Counted from the stretch's first letter, positions 39,105 to 47,395 are shown. The stretch is 64,000 nucleotides of DNA from Candidatus Sulfurovum kebritense (GCA_047689535.1 JBEWPZ010000001.1:54599-118598), one strand, 5' to 3'. Numbers and translations: made by a program. Notes: generated by a model not told the origin, from the sequence alone.

Positions 39105-39941
39105 ATGTTAAAACTCGCGAAAACATCACTTTTTGTTGCTGCTGCTACACTGTCTCTTGCTGCATCAGATGTACTTTTAACTGTGAACGGAAAAAATATC
39201 ACGAAACAAGATGCACAGGTTTTAGTTTCTGCGGCTGCACCCAATACAAGTTATACTGATCTAAAGCCTCAAGAGCAGGAGATGATCAAAGAGAGACTGA
39301 TCGAAAAAGTTCTTTTTAAAGAGTTGGCCAAAAAAGAGGGGATTGAAAATGACCCTGAGTATAAAAAGAGCTTAGAGATGATCAAGTCTGAGCTGGCGAT
39401 CAATGTTTGGATGAAAAAACAGCTGGACAATGTTGTAGTAAGTGACAGTGAAGCGAAAGATTTTTATGAGAAAAACAGTGATAAATTTAAAAAAGAAGCG
39501 ACACTTCATGCCAGACATATTTTGGTCGAATCAGAGGACGATGCGCAAAAGATCATCAATGACTTGAAGTCTCTGCAAGGCAAAGCACTTCAAGAGAAGT
39601 TTATCGCGTTGGCGAAAGAAAAATCTACAGGTCCTTCTGCTCCTAACGGCGGGGATCTCGGTACATTTAAAAAAGGGCAGATGGTCCCTGCTTTTTCCGA
39701 GGCTGTTTGGGCACTGCAAGAGGGTAAGATCACTACGAAGCCTGTGAAAACACGTTTCGGGTATCATGTGATCTACCTTGAAAAGAAAAACCCGGCTTCA
39801 ACAATGGATTATAAAGAGATCAAACCTCAGATCGTAGCTACTCTCAAACAGAAACAGTTCACTGCCAAGATCCAGGAGATGGCAAAAGAGCTCAAGGCGA
39901 AAGCAACGATTGTAGATCCGACAAAAAAAGAAACAAAATAA
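39105..39941 (+). CDS. Periplasmic parvulin-type peptidyl-prolyl isomerase/chaperone (PEB4/SurA-like)
   Basis: Signal peptide, SurA-N-like chaperone segment, parvulin domain (HARHILV..GGDLGTF..FGYHVIY). Confidence 0.85.
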   Translation: MLKLAKTSLFVAAATLSLAASDVLLTVNGKNITKQDAQVLVSAAAPNTSYTDLKPQEQEMIKERLIEKVLFKELAKKEGIENDPEYKKSLEMIKSELAINVWMKKQLDNVVVSDSEAKDFYEKNSDKFKKEATLHARHILVESEDDAQKIINDLKSLQGKALQEKFIALAKEKSTGPSAPNGGDLGTFKKGQMVPAFSEAVWALQEGKITTKPVKTRFGYHVIYLEKKNPASTMDYKEIKPQIVATLKQKQFTAKIQEMAKELKAKATIVDPTKKETK

Positions 39942-39951
39942 AGGAAGAAGA

Positions 39952-40563
39952 ATGAAAAAAACCCTAGTAAGTGCGAGTGTAGCGATACTTTTTTCCGTAT
40001 CAGCTCTCTCAGCTGATTCATTAAAAAACTCATTGATGTCAGCAGATAAAGATGATACGCCTATGGTCAACCTGGACAATATCAAGTTGGATAAAAAAGA
40101 GAACAAGAGCAGAGCTGACTCTGCTGTTGTTGCGACAATCAACGGTGACAATATTACCAAAGAGCAGGCGGATAAATATTTGGCGCTGAGAACACAGGGT
40201 AGAGCAACAGACTTTGACAAATTGCCAAGTGATGAACAGAGACTGGCGCTTATCAATGAGATGGCGGTACCAAACCTTGCTGCAATGCAGGCACACAAAG
40301 AGCTGAGTGCTGAAGAGAAAAATGCAGCGATCTCAAGATTTTGGATGCAAAAAAAGCTTTCAACCACGAAAGTGACGGATGAAGAAGCAAAAAAAGCCTA
40401 TGATAAATTGATCAAAGCGGTAAAAGAGTCTGCTAAAAAACAGTCGAAAGAAGAGCCTAAACTGCCGAAGTTTGAAGAGGCAAAAAGAGAGATTATGCTG
40501 CAGCTGGCGCAAGACAAGGTTACGAAAGCACTTCTGGAAAACGGGAAAGTAAAACTCAAGTAA
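39952..40563 (+). CDS. Periplasmic protein paralogous to the chaperone N-domain of the upstream PPIase (no parvulin domain)
   Basis: Signal peptide. VVATINGDNITKEQADKYL parallels VLLTVNGKNITKQDAQVLV in the neighbouring gene. Confidence 0.55.
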   Translation: MKKTLVSASVAILFSVSALSADSLKNSLMSADKDDTPMVNLDNIKLDKKENKSRADSAVVATINGDNITKEQADKYLALRTQGRATDFDKLPSDEQRLALINEMAVPNLAAMQAHKELSAEEKNAAISRFWMQKKLSTTKVTDEEAKKAYDKLIKAVKESAKKQSKEEPKLPKFEEAKREIMLQLAQDKVTKALLENGKVKLK

Positions 40564-40626
40564 CCTAAACTCGTTATATATAAAAACCGGGTAGAATACG
40601 GCTATTATAATTGATGAAGGAATGAA

Positions 40627-41700
40627 ATGTCTAGAAGAGTAATGGATGAGATCCCGGCAGGTGTTGTAACAGGAGACAATCTCACAAAGCTTTTTCAGAT
40701 CGCTAAAGAGGAGGGGTTTGCACTCCCCGCAGTGAATGTTGTCAGTACGATGTCTGTCAATGCAGTAATGGAAGCAGCGAAAAAAGTAAATTCCCCGGTT
40801 ATCGTACAGTTTTCTAATGGTGGAGCAGCCTATTATGCAGGGAAAGGGCTTCCGTCAGATGAAGCTGCCGTCCTGGGTGCGATATCAGGTGCACAACATG
40901 TACATACGGTTGCAAAAGCGTATGGTGTTCCGGTAGTGCTTCATACGGATCATGCCGCAAGAAAACTTCTTCCATGGATTGATGCACTGCTTGATGCCAG
41001 TGAAGCACATTTTGAAACCTATGGTGTACCACTCTACTCATCACACATGATCGATCTCTCAGAAGAGCCGCTTGAAGAGAATATCGAAACATGTAAAGCC
41101 TATCTTAAACGTATGGAAAAGATGGGGATGACACTTGAGATAGAACTGGGTGTAACAGGTGGTGAAGAGGATGGTGTGGACAATACACACATTGACAATG
41201 CACTGCTCTATACGCAGCCTGAAGAGGTAGCGTATGCTTATGAAGAGCTTGGCAAGGTCTCTGATAAGTTTACGATCGCTGCATCGTTCGGTAATGTACA
41301 CGGGGTTTACAAACCAGGAAACGTAGTACTAACTCCAAAGATCCTTGATAACTCACAAAAGTATATCCAGGAGAAGTTCGGTACTGCTGAAAAACCGGCT
41401 AACTTTGTCTTCCACGGTGGATCAGGTTCAGAACTGGAAGATATCCGCGAAGCGATCGGATATGGTGTGATCAAGATGAATATCGATACGGATACTCAAT
41501 GGGCCTTCTGGGACGGAGTAAGAGAGTATGTGGCAGAGAAACATGACTATCTACAGGGGCAGATCGGTAACCCTGAAGGTGAAGATAAGCCAAACAAGAG
41601 TTACTACGACCCGCGTAAATGGCTGAGAAAAGGTGAGGAGTCTGTAGTGGCTAGACTTGAAAAAGCATTTGACGATCTAAATTGTATCGACAGAAATTAA
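40627..41700 (+). CDS. fba: Class II fructose-bisphosphate aldolase
   Basis: PAVNVVS, HTDHA, FGNVHGVYKPGNV and FVFHGGSGS motifs. 357 aa. Confidence 0.92.
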   Translation: MSRRVMDEIPAGVVTGDNLTKLFQIAKEEGFALPAVNVVSTMSVNAVMEAAKKVNSPVIVQFSNGGAAYYAGKGLPSDEAAVLGAISGAQHVHTVAKAYGVPVVLHTDHAARKLLPWIDALLDASEAHFETYGVPLYSSHMIDLSEEPLEENIETCKAYLKRMEKMGMTLEIELGVTGGEEDGVDNTHIDNALLYTQPEEVAYAYEELGKVSDKFTIAASFGNVHGVYKPGNVVLTPKILDNSQKYIQEKFGTAEKPANFVFHGGSGSELEDIREAIGYGVIKMNIDTDTQWAFWDGVREYVAEKHDYLQGQIGNPEGEDKPNKSYYDPRKWLRKGEESVVARLEKAFDDLNCIDRN

Positions 41701-41730
41701 GTAGGATATTGAGTGCTAAAGATACTATGT

Positions 41731-41800
41731 CCTGTCATTCCCGGCTTGATCGGGAATCTAGAGGTATGGATCCCCGGGTCGTAGCCCGAGGATGACAGAT
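41731..41800 (+). other. Structured GC-rich element (outer stem + two hairpins) abutting the start codon at 41802
   Basis: CTGTCAT/ATGACAG outer stem encloses TTCCCG-GCTTGAT-CGGGAA and CGGG-TCGTAG-CCCG. The GAGGA Shine-Dalgarno lies in the 3' arms. Confidence 0.55.
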
Positions 41801-41801
41801 A

Positions 41802-42677
41802 ATGACAAACCTGAATCTTCTCTCACCTACAGAAGTAATTACTTTTGAAGGTCACTCTTTTTATCTGAAAAGAGATGATCTCCTTCATCCGGATTTCTCC
41901 GGAAATAAAGCACGTAAACTTTATTACTATTTGACACATGATTTTCCGACTATTAAGAAAGTAGTCTCTTACGGTTCAGCACAATCCAATGCCATGTATT
42001 CACTCTCCGTACTGGCCAAGATGAGAGGATGGAAGTTTGAGTACTATGTCGATCATATTGCCGATTTTTTAAAAGATAAACCACATGGTAACTATCAGGC
42101 AGCATTAAATAATGGCATGTTGTTACATGTAAGTCGGGGTGTCCCCACCCCGACAGTAGATACAGAAGTACTCCTTATTGAAGAAGGTGGAAGGCAAAAA
42201 GAGGCGGAGTACGGCATAAAGGTTTTGGCTGAAGAGATCATTGCATGGCAACAAGAGCAGGGGATAGAAAAACTAAATATCTTTTTACCTTCCGGTACCG
42301 GAACGACAGCACTCTTTTTACAAAAGCATCTACCGGACAATAAGGTATTTACAACCCCGTGTGTAGGAGATAGTGCGTATCTGAAAAAGCAGTTTTCAGA
42401 GCTGGAAGAAGAGGTAAACGACCATCCGGTGATTTTGACACTGGATAAAAAGCACCATTTTGGTAAGCTTTATAAAGATAATTATAAAATTTGGCTAAAA
42501 TTACAGCAACAGACGGGAGTGACATTTGATCTGCTTTATGATCCTTTGGGGTGGCGGACTTTGTTAGCATATCCAGAGGTTTTCTCTGGTCCGACACTTT
42601 ACATCCATCAGGGTGGAGTCTTGGGCAATGAGAGCATGCTCCCAAGATATGAGAGAAAATATAAGGACTTAAAGTGA
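41802..42677 (+). CDS. PLP-dependent ACC deaminase / D-cysteine desulfhydrase family protein
   Basis: LKRDDLLHPDFSGNKARKL (PLP-lysine motif), GSAQSNA, SGTGTTA. Confidence 0.75.
   Translation: MTNLNLLSPTEVITFEGHSFYLKRDDLLHPDFSGNKARKLYYYLTHDFPTIKKVVSYGSAQSNAMYSLSVLAKMRGWKFEYYVDHIADFLKDKPHGNYQAALNNGMLLHVSRGVPTPTVDTEVLLIEEGGRQKEAEYGIKVLAEEIIAWQQEQGIEKLNIFLPSGTGTTALFLQKHLPDNKVFTTPCVGDSAYLKKQFSELEEEVNDHPVILTLDKKHHFGKLYKDNYKIWLKLQQQTGVTFDLLYDPLGWRTLLAYPEVFSGPTLYIHQGGVLGNESMLPRYERKYKDLK
42134..42155. repeat. GC-rich palindrome GTCGGGG-N8-CCCCGAC inside a CDS
   Basis: GTCGGGGTGTCCCCACCCCGAC. A near-identical palindrome lies at 48115-48137 in an intergenic region. Confidence 0.8.
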
Positions 42678-43966
42678 AAATATTTTACAGTAGTGATGAG
42701 ACATTTGACGCAAACTTTGCCGAACTTTTAGAGCGCGGACAGATGGATATCGAAGGTGTGACAGATATTGTCAACGCACTTCTAAAAGAGATTAAAAATG
42801 AGGGTAATACCGCACTTAAAGCGCAGATTGCCAAGTTTGACAGATGGGAACCGCAGAGTGATGAAGCTTTGATGGTCTCCACTGAAGAGATGGCAAAAGC
42901 TTATGAAGCGATCGATCCTGCACTTCGTGATGCACTGCACCTCTCTTATGACCGTATCGTAGCATACCACCAGAAACTGATGCCAAAGACTTGGATGGAT
43001 AAGGATAAGACAGGTTCGATCCTCGGTCAAAAAGTGACTGCGGTGGATAGAGCAGGGCTTTATATCCCTGGTGGTAAGGCGGCATATCCGTCATCACTGC
43101 TGATGAACGTCATTCCTGCACAAGTAGCAGGGGTAGAAGAGATCGTAGTATGTACACCGACACCGGATGATGAGATCAATGAACTTCTGCTTGCCGCATG
43201 CCACCTTTGTAAAGTGACAAAGGTATTTAAGGTAGGTGGAGCCTCTGCAATCGGTGCCATGGCATACGGTACAGAGACGATCCCAAAGGTAGATGTGATC
43301 ACCGGTCCCGGCAATATCTTTGTAGCCACAGCGAAGAAACTGGTCTATGGTGAAGTCAATATCGATATGATCGCCGGGCCGTCTGAGATCGGTATCCTGG
43401 CCGATGAGACAGCCAGAGAGGATTATCTTGCGATGGACCTTCTCTCTCAGGCTGAGCACGATGAGATGGCCAGTTCTATCCTGATCACGACAGAGAGTGA
43501 ACTAGCAAACAGAGTCAGTGACAAAGTTGAAGAGTTTCTTAGTACGCTTAGCCGTGAAGAGATCGCAAGAAAGTCTATCGAGGAGAGAGGGGCGATCATT
43601 GTGACTTCCAGTATGGAAGAAGCGATTGATCTTATGAATGAGATCGCGCCGGAGCACCTTGAAGTGGTCACTAAAGATCCGATGAGTCTGCTTGAGAGCA
43701 TCAAACATGCCGGAGCGATCTTCCTGGGTGAAAATACCCCTGAACCTGTCGGTGACTATATCGCCGGACCGAACCACACACTTCCTACAGGCGGTACAGC
43801 GAAGTTCTATTCGCCATTGAGTGTAGAGCACTTCCTCAAGAAGTCATCGATCATCTCTATGAGCAAAGAGGGGATCAGTGAGATCGGTGAAGCGTGTGCG
43901 ATGATCGCCAATACGGAAGGGTTGACGGCACATGAGGAGTCTGTGAGGATTCGTCTGAGAGACTAA
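42674..43966 (+). CDS. hisD: Histidinol dehydrogenase
   Basis: GPGNIFVATAKK, IAGPSE, SQAEHD and GDYIAGPNHTLPT motifs. 4-nt overlap with the upstream gene. Confidence 0.92.
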   Translation: MKIFYSSDETFDANFAELLERGQMDIEGVTDIVNALLKEIKNEGNTALKAQIAKFDRWEPQSDEALMVSTEEMAKAYEAIDPALRDALHLSYDRIVAYHQKLMPKTWMDKDKTGSILGQKVTAVDRAGLYIPGGKAAYPSSLLMNVIPAQVAGVEEIVVCTPTPDDEINELLLAACHLCKVTKVFKVGGASAIGAMAYGTETIPKVDVITGPGNIFVATAKKLVYGEVNIDMIAGPSEIGILADETAREDYLAMDLLSQAEHDEMASSILITTESELANRVSDKVEEFLSTLSREEIARKSIEERGAIIVTSSMEEAIDLMNEIAPEHLEVVTKDPMSLLESIKHAGAIFLGENTPEPVGDYIAGPNHTLPTGGTAKFYSPLSVEHFLKKSSIISMSKEGISEIGEACAMIANTEGLTAHEESVRIRLRD

Positions 43967-43978
43967 AATTATCTCTCG

Positions 43979-44040
43979 TCCCATTGTCCCGATGGGAATG
44001 CGCCCTGACCGAAGGGAAGAAGTGCCCTTGGGGTGCATAC
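43979..44040 (+). repeat. Intergenic repeat family R2, copy b
   Basis: TCCCAT-TGTCCCG-ATGGGA hairpin then AATGCGCCCTGACCGAAGGGAAGAAGTGCCCTTGGGGTGC. Confidence 0.85.
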
Positions 44041-44084
44041 TTCAGTTTATATCACAAGGTAACACTGAGTCCATTGCTCGATGG

Positions 44085-44200
44085 TATGCAGGTATTTTAT
44101 GTTCATTTCTTTCTTTTCTCTCACAACAAAAGAAAGTAAACGAACCAAAGAAAGAAAAGTGTGAGCGACATGCACTTGTCAGTGTAAATGATCTGCTTGC
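44085..44200. repeat. Intergenic repeat family R3, copy 2
   Basis: Colinear with 38103-38215 in the same orientation. Same hairpin and the same 16-codon minus-strand ORF (44121-44171). Confidence 0.85.
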
Positions 44201-44327
44201 TCGTTTAACCTTAGCTCAATCGTATCTTATAAATTATCAAGTCCTAGAATTGTAAATTTTATCCATTTAAAAAGCAGTAACTATCACATGCTATAATAGA
44301 GCCAATACGTATTGAAAGGTATATTTC

Positions 44328-44585
44328 ATGAAGCTGATCGACAGCATCACGGCTCCGTTTGGGTCACTCAGTGACAGACTTAAAGAACAGATTGATCTGG
44401 CCATACAGGAGAGAGCGGTATTGGCACTCAAGTCAGAGCTTACGATGAGACATAAGAGCTTTGATGACTATAGTGATGAGGAGTTGGAGGTGCTGCTGGC
44501 TGAAGAGAAACGAAAGATCATAGATGATCTGAAGACCAAATCCCTCTTTGCAGTACTGGCACTGCTTGGCATCAGCCTCCTCTAA
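44328..44585 (+). CDS. Hypothetical tail-anchored coiled-coil protein
   Basis: 85 aa. Charged helical N-terminus and a C-terminal TM segment SLFAVLALLGISLL. Confidence 0.45.
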   Translation: MKLIDSITAPFGSLSDRLKEQIDLAIQERAVLALKSELTMRHKSFDDYSDEELEVLLAEEKRKIIDDLKTKSLFAVLALLGISLL

Positions 44586-44596
44586 GGTGTAGCGTT

Positions 44597-44992
44597 ATGG
44601 TACGACAGGTGAGATCACTGATACTCTGGACACTTATCTATCGCTTCCGAAGGAGGCTTACGATCGTGGCGGTACTCCTCTCTATGGTACTGCTCTCGCA
44701 ATGGATCTACGGAGATATCGTTGAGTATCTTAAGCTTTCAGAGAATATCGGGTATCTTTCATATGTACTGGTAGGCAAGTGGACAATGATCTTTACCAAT
44801 ATCACTGTATCCTCCTACCTGGTACTTACGATGTTCCGCAAAGAGGAGAAGAGAGATAAAACGGGTAAATCAAAAAAAGAGAGAAAGAGAGAGAAAGAGG
44901 TTGTATCAGTAGATACTCTGAGTGATAGAGAACGATCTTTTTTGACACGAAAGCTGCGCTCCGAAGCAGAGATTTTAAAGAATAAAAAATAA
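44597..44992 (+). CDS. Hypothetical membrane protein with K/R/E-rich tail
   Basis: 131 aa. 2-3 TM segments then KEEKRDKTGKSKKERKREKE. Confidence 0.45.
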   Translation: MVRQVRSLILWTLIYRFRRRLTIVAVLLSMVLLSQWIYGDIVEYLKLSENIGYLSYVLVGKWTMIFTNITVSSYLVLTMFRKEEKRDKTGKSKKERKREKEVVSVDTLSDRERSFLTRKLRSEAEILKNKK

Positions 44993-45000
44993 GTTTTGAT

Positions 45001-45072
45001 TGTCCCCTCGTCTCCATCGTGACGCTGGGAATACGTACTGACCGAAGGAAGGAAGTGCACTTGAGGTACATA
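45001..45072 (+). repeat. Intergenic repeat family R2, copy c (diverged)
   Basis: ..GCTGGGAATACGTACTGACCGAAGGAAGGAAGTGCACTTGAGGTACATAC is colinear with copies a and b. Confidence 0.7.
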
Positions 45073-45118
45073 CCTTAATCCAAACTACAGTAAAACTTCA
45101 AGTCCACCGTTGCGTATC

Positions 45119-45127
45119 TGCTATAAT
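45119..45127 (+). promoter_or_regulatory. Extended -10 promoter element (TGcTATAAT)
   Basis: TGCTATAAT about 43 nt upstream of the ATG at 45170, which has a GGAGAGG RBS. Confidence 0.5.
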
Positions 45128-45169
45128 GAGAAGATAGACTGATATTTAAAATTGTGGAGAGGAACAGTC

Positions 45170-46570
45170 ATGAAAAGAGAAGTGGATGTAGCTGTCATCG
45201 GTGCAGGCAGTGCGGGGCTCTACGCCCTTTCGCAGGTGAAAAAGCAGACCGGTGATTTTGTGCTGATCAATAGTGGATATCTGGGGACCACATGTGCACG
45301 GGTCGGATGTATGCCCTCCAAAGCCCTTATCTATATAGCAGAATACTACCATCAAAGAAAGAAATTTTCAGAGAAGGGTTTGGAAGCTGATGAAACGATA
45401 CAGCCGCCACTGCGGAAGGTCCTTCAGGAGATACGTGACAAAAGAGACCGGCTCGTAGCAGAGACCATCAAGACCAGTATCAGCAAGCTTGGCGACAAAC
45501 TTATCGAGGGGGAAGCACAGTTTGTCAATCATCATACCCTTCTTGTCAATGATGAGGCGATCACTGCTAAAAAGATCATTATCGCCACAGGTTCTACACC
45601 CATTGTAAATCCGGAATGGGAAGCTTTCAGGGAAAACCTTCTTACTTCCGACGAGCTCTTTGAACAGCATGACCTTCCTCCCTCCATAGGGGTAGTAGGC
45701 CTCGGTGCTGTAGGATTGGAGATAGGTCAGGCACTCGCTCGCCTTGGCATCAGGATCACTGCCGTACACTCCAACAAATTTCTTGGAGGCCTCAGTGACC
45801 CGGAAGTCAATCACGCTATGGTAAAACACTGCAGTGGAGAGTTCGATATCTGGCTGGATGGTGGCCATGCGACGCTTGAAAAAGCAGGCGATAAGATCAA
45901 GATCATCAATGGTGAGCGGGAGGTCATCGTTGACAAAGTACTCGTGGCTACGGGAAGGAAACCGAATCTCAAAAGCCTGAAGCTGGAGAAAGTGGGCATC
46001 ATGCTGGATAATCATGGGATGCCCAGGTTCAATGACGACACGATGCAGATAGAAGATCTACCCATCTTCATCGCAGGCGATGTGAACAACGACCGTCCGC
46101 TCATGCATGAGGCAGCTGATGAAGGACGCATTGCAGGCTACAATACTGTGCACAATATCACAAAGTTTAAACGTAAAGTACCCCTCACCATTGTCTTCAG
46201 TGACCCCAATATCGCCTATATCGGTAAACGCTATAAGGAGATAGAGGAGCGTGAAGATATCCTTATCGGAAGTTTTGACTTCACCAAACAGCAAAGAGCG
46301 ATGTTGATGGACAGCAACTACGGATTGGCCAGGCTCTATATGGAAAAAGAGAGTGGCAGGATCGTCGGTGCCGAGATGGCTGCACCGGGTGCAGAACACT
46401 TGGCTCATCATCTCGCCTGGGCTATGGAGCAGGAGATGACTGTCTATGAGATGATACAGCTGCCATTCTATCATCCTACGGTGGAAGAAGGTCTTTATAT
46501 GCTTTTGCTAGATTGCGTGAAAAAATTGGGAAGAAAGATGGAAGGACTTTTGGAAATACCATTCGCTTAA
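45170..46570 (+). CDS. Class I pyridine nucleotide-disulfide oxidoreductase, dihydrolipoyl-dehydrogenase-like
   Basis: VIGAGSAG FAD motif, redox-active GTTCARVGCMPSK (CxxxxC), second Rossmann motif VVGLGAVGLE, C-terminal dimerisation domain HPT.EE. Confidence 0.85.
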   Translation: MKREVDVAVIGAGSAGLYALSQVKKQTGDFVLINSGYLGTTCARVGCMPSKALIYIAEYYHQRKKFSEKGLEADETIQPPLRKVLQEIRDKRDRLVAETIKTSISKLGDKLIEGEAQFVNHHTLLVNDEAITAKKIIIATGSTPIVNPEWEAFRENLLTSDELFEQHDLPPSIGVVGLGAVGLEIGQALARLGIRITAVHSNKFLGGLSDPEVNHAMVKHCSGEFDIWLDGGHATLEKAGDKIKIINGEREVIVDKVLVATGRKPNLKSLKLEKVGIMLDNHGMPRFNDDTMQIEDLPIFIAGDVNNDRPLMHEAADEGRIAGYNTVHNITKFKRKVPLTIVFSDPNIAYIGKRYKEIEEREDILIGSFDFTKQQRAMLMDSNYGLARLYMEKESGRIVGAEMAAPGAEHLAHHLAWAMEQEMTVYEMIQLPFYHPTVEEGLYMLLLDCVKKLGRKMEGLLEIPFA

Positions 46571-46636
46571 TTGAGGTGAATTACACTTAAAAATTGAATA
46601 GATGATTTATAAAGTTTTTGATTGTTTAAAATAAAG

Positions 46637-46713
46637 TGGCGCGGCGGACGAGACTCGAACTCGCGACCCCCTGCGTGACAGGCAGGTATTCTAACCAACT
46701 GAACTACCGCCGC
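46637..46713 (-). tRNA. tRNA-Asp(GTC), copy 1
   Basis: Hand-folded cloverleaf. Acceptor GCGGCGG/CCGCCGC, anticodon loop CTGTCAC, encoded CCA. Confidence 0.9.
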
Positions 46714-46828
46714 GTAGTTGTTGTGGTTGCTATTGCCTTTAACGAAACTAGTTTCGTGAGCCCTCTGCTGAAGAGAACACAGCGTTAGCGTAGCAAAATC
46801 GGACTTTGTTCGATTTGCGTGATTTAAA

Positions 46829-46904
46829 TGGTGGTCGCTACAAGACTCGAACTTGTGACATCTACCTTGTAAGGGTAGCGCTCTACCAACTGAGCTAAGC
46901 GACC
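46829..46904 (-). tRNA. tRNA-Val(TAC), copy 1
   Basis: Acceptor GGTCGCT/AGCGACC, anticodon stem CTACC/GGTAG with loop CTTACAA, encoded CCA. Confidence 0.9.
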
Positions 46905-46918
46905 AAAATGATTATGGA

Positions 46919-46994
46919 TGGTGACCCATCTAGGATTCGAACCTAGGGCCCACTCCTTAAAAGGGAGTTGCTCTACCAACTGAGCTAATAGGTC
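46919..46994 (-). tRNA. tRNA-Lys(TTT), copy 1
   Basis: Anticodon stem ACTCC/GGAGT with loop CTTTTAA. T-arm CCTAGGTTCGAATCCTAGG variant. Encoded CCA. Confidence 0.9.
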
Positions 46995-47003
46995 ATAAAA
47001 AAG

Positions 47004-47080
47004 TGGCGCGGCGGACGAGACTCGAACTCGCGACCCCCTGCGTGACAGGCAGGTATTCTAACCAACTGAACTACCGCCGC
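47004..47080 (-). tRNA. tRNA-Asp(GTC), copy 2
   Basis: Sequence identical to 46637-46713. Confidence 0.9.
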
Positions 47081-47151
47081 ACCGTTATCTCAAACTTTAA
47101 TTTGAGCTGAAATTATACTCAACTTAACCTTAAGTTAAGACAAGATTTAAA

Positions 47152-47227
47152 TGGTGGTCGCTACAAGACTCGAACTTGTGACATCTACCTTGTAAGGGTA
47201 GCGCTCTACCAACTGAGCTAAGCGACC
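47152..47227 (-). tRNA. tRNA-Val(TAC), copy 2
   Basis: Sequence identical to 46829-46904. Confidence 0.9.
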
Positions 47228-47242
47228 GATAACTGCTTAATT

Positions 47243-47318
47243 TGGCGACCCCTAGAGGATTTGAACCTCTGTATCTGCGATGAAAACGCAGTATCCTTGG
47301 CCACTAGATGAAAGGGTC
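47243..47318 (-). tRNA. tRNA-Glu(TTC)
   Basis: Anticodon stem CTGCG/CGCAG with loop TTTTCAT, GGTTCAAATCC T-loop, encoded CCA. Confidence 0.88.
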
Positions 47319-47395
47319 ATCTAGATCCAAACAGTCATAATTAAAGCAACTTATGTTGCGTGAGCCTTCCGCTGAGGAAAACTTAAAATTAAAAA

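Noticed and set aside
43992-44255. 87-aa plus-strand ORF across the hisD-downstream spacer (also 38288-38563 minus)
   Set aside because: It is built entirely from the R2 and R3 repeat sequences. The reading frame is not preserved in the other repeat copies (R2a shifts frame; the R3 plus-frame is interrupted in copy 2).
45152-45169. Alternative upstream starts offered by the ORF track: 45152 TTG (Lpd-like), 28760 TTG (PAS), 27923 ATG (76-aa ORF), 9622 ATG (cvfB)
   Set aside because: For 45152, 28760 and 27923, a downstream ATG with a good Shine-Dalgarno at proper spacing exists (45170 GGAGAGG, 28709 AGGAG, 27995 AAGGAG). The 9622 start is rejected only because it lies upstream of the likely -10 box at 9634-9639.
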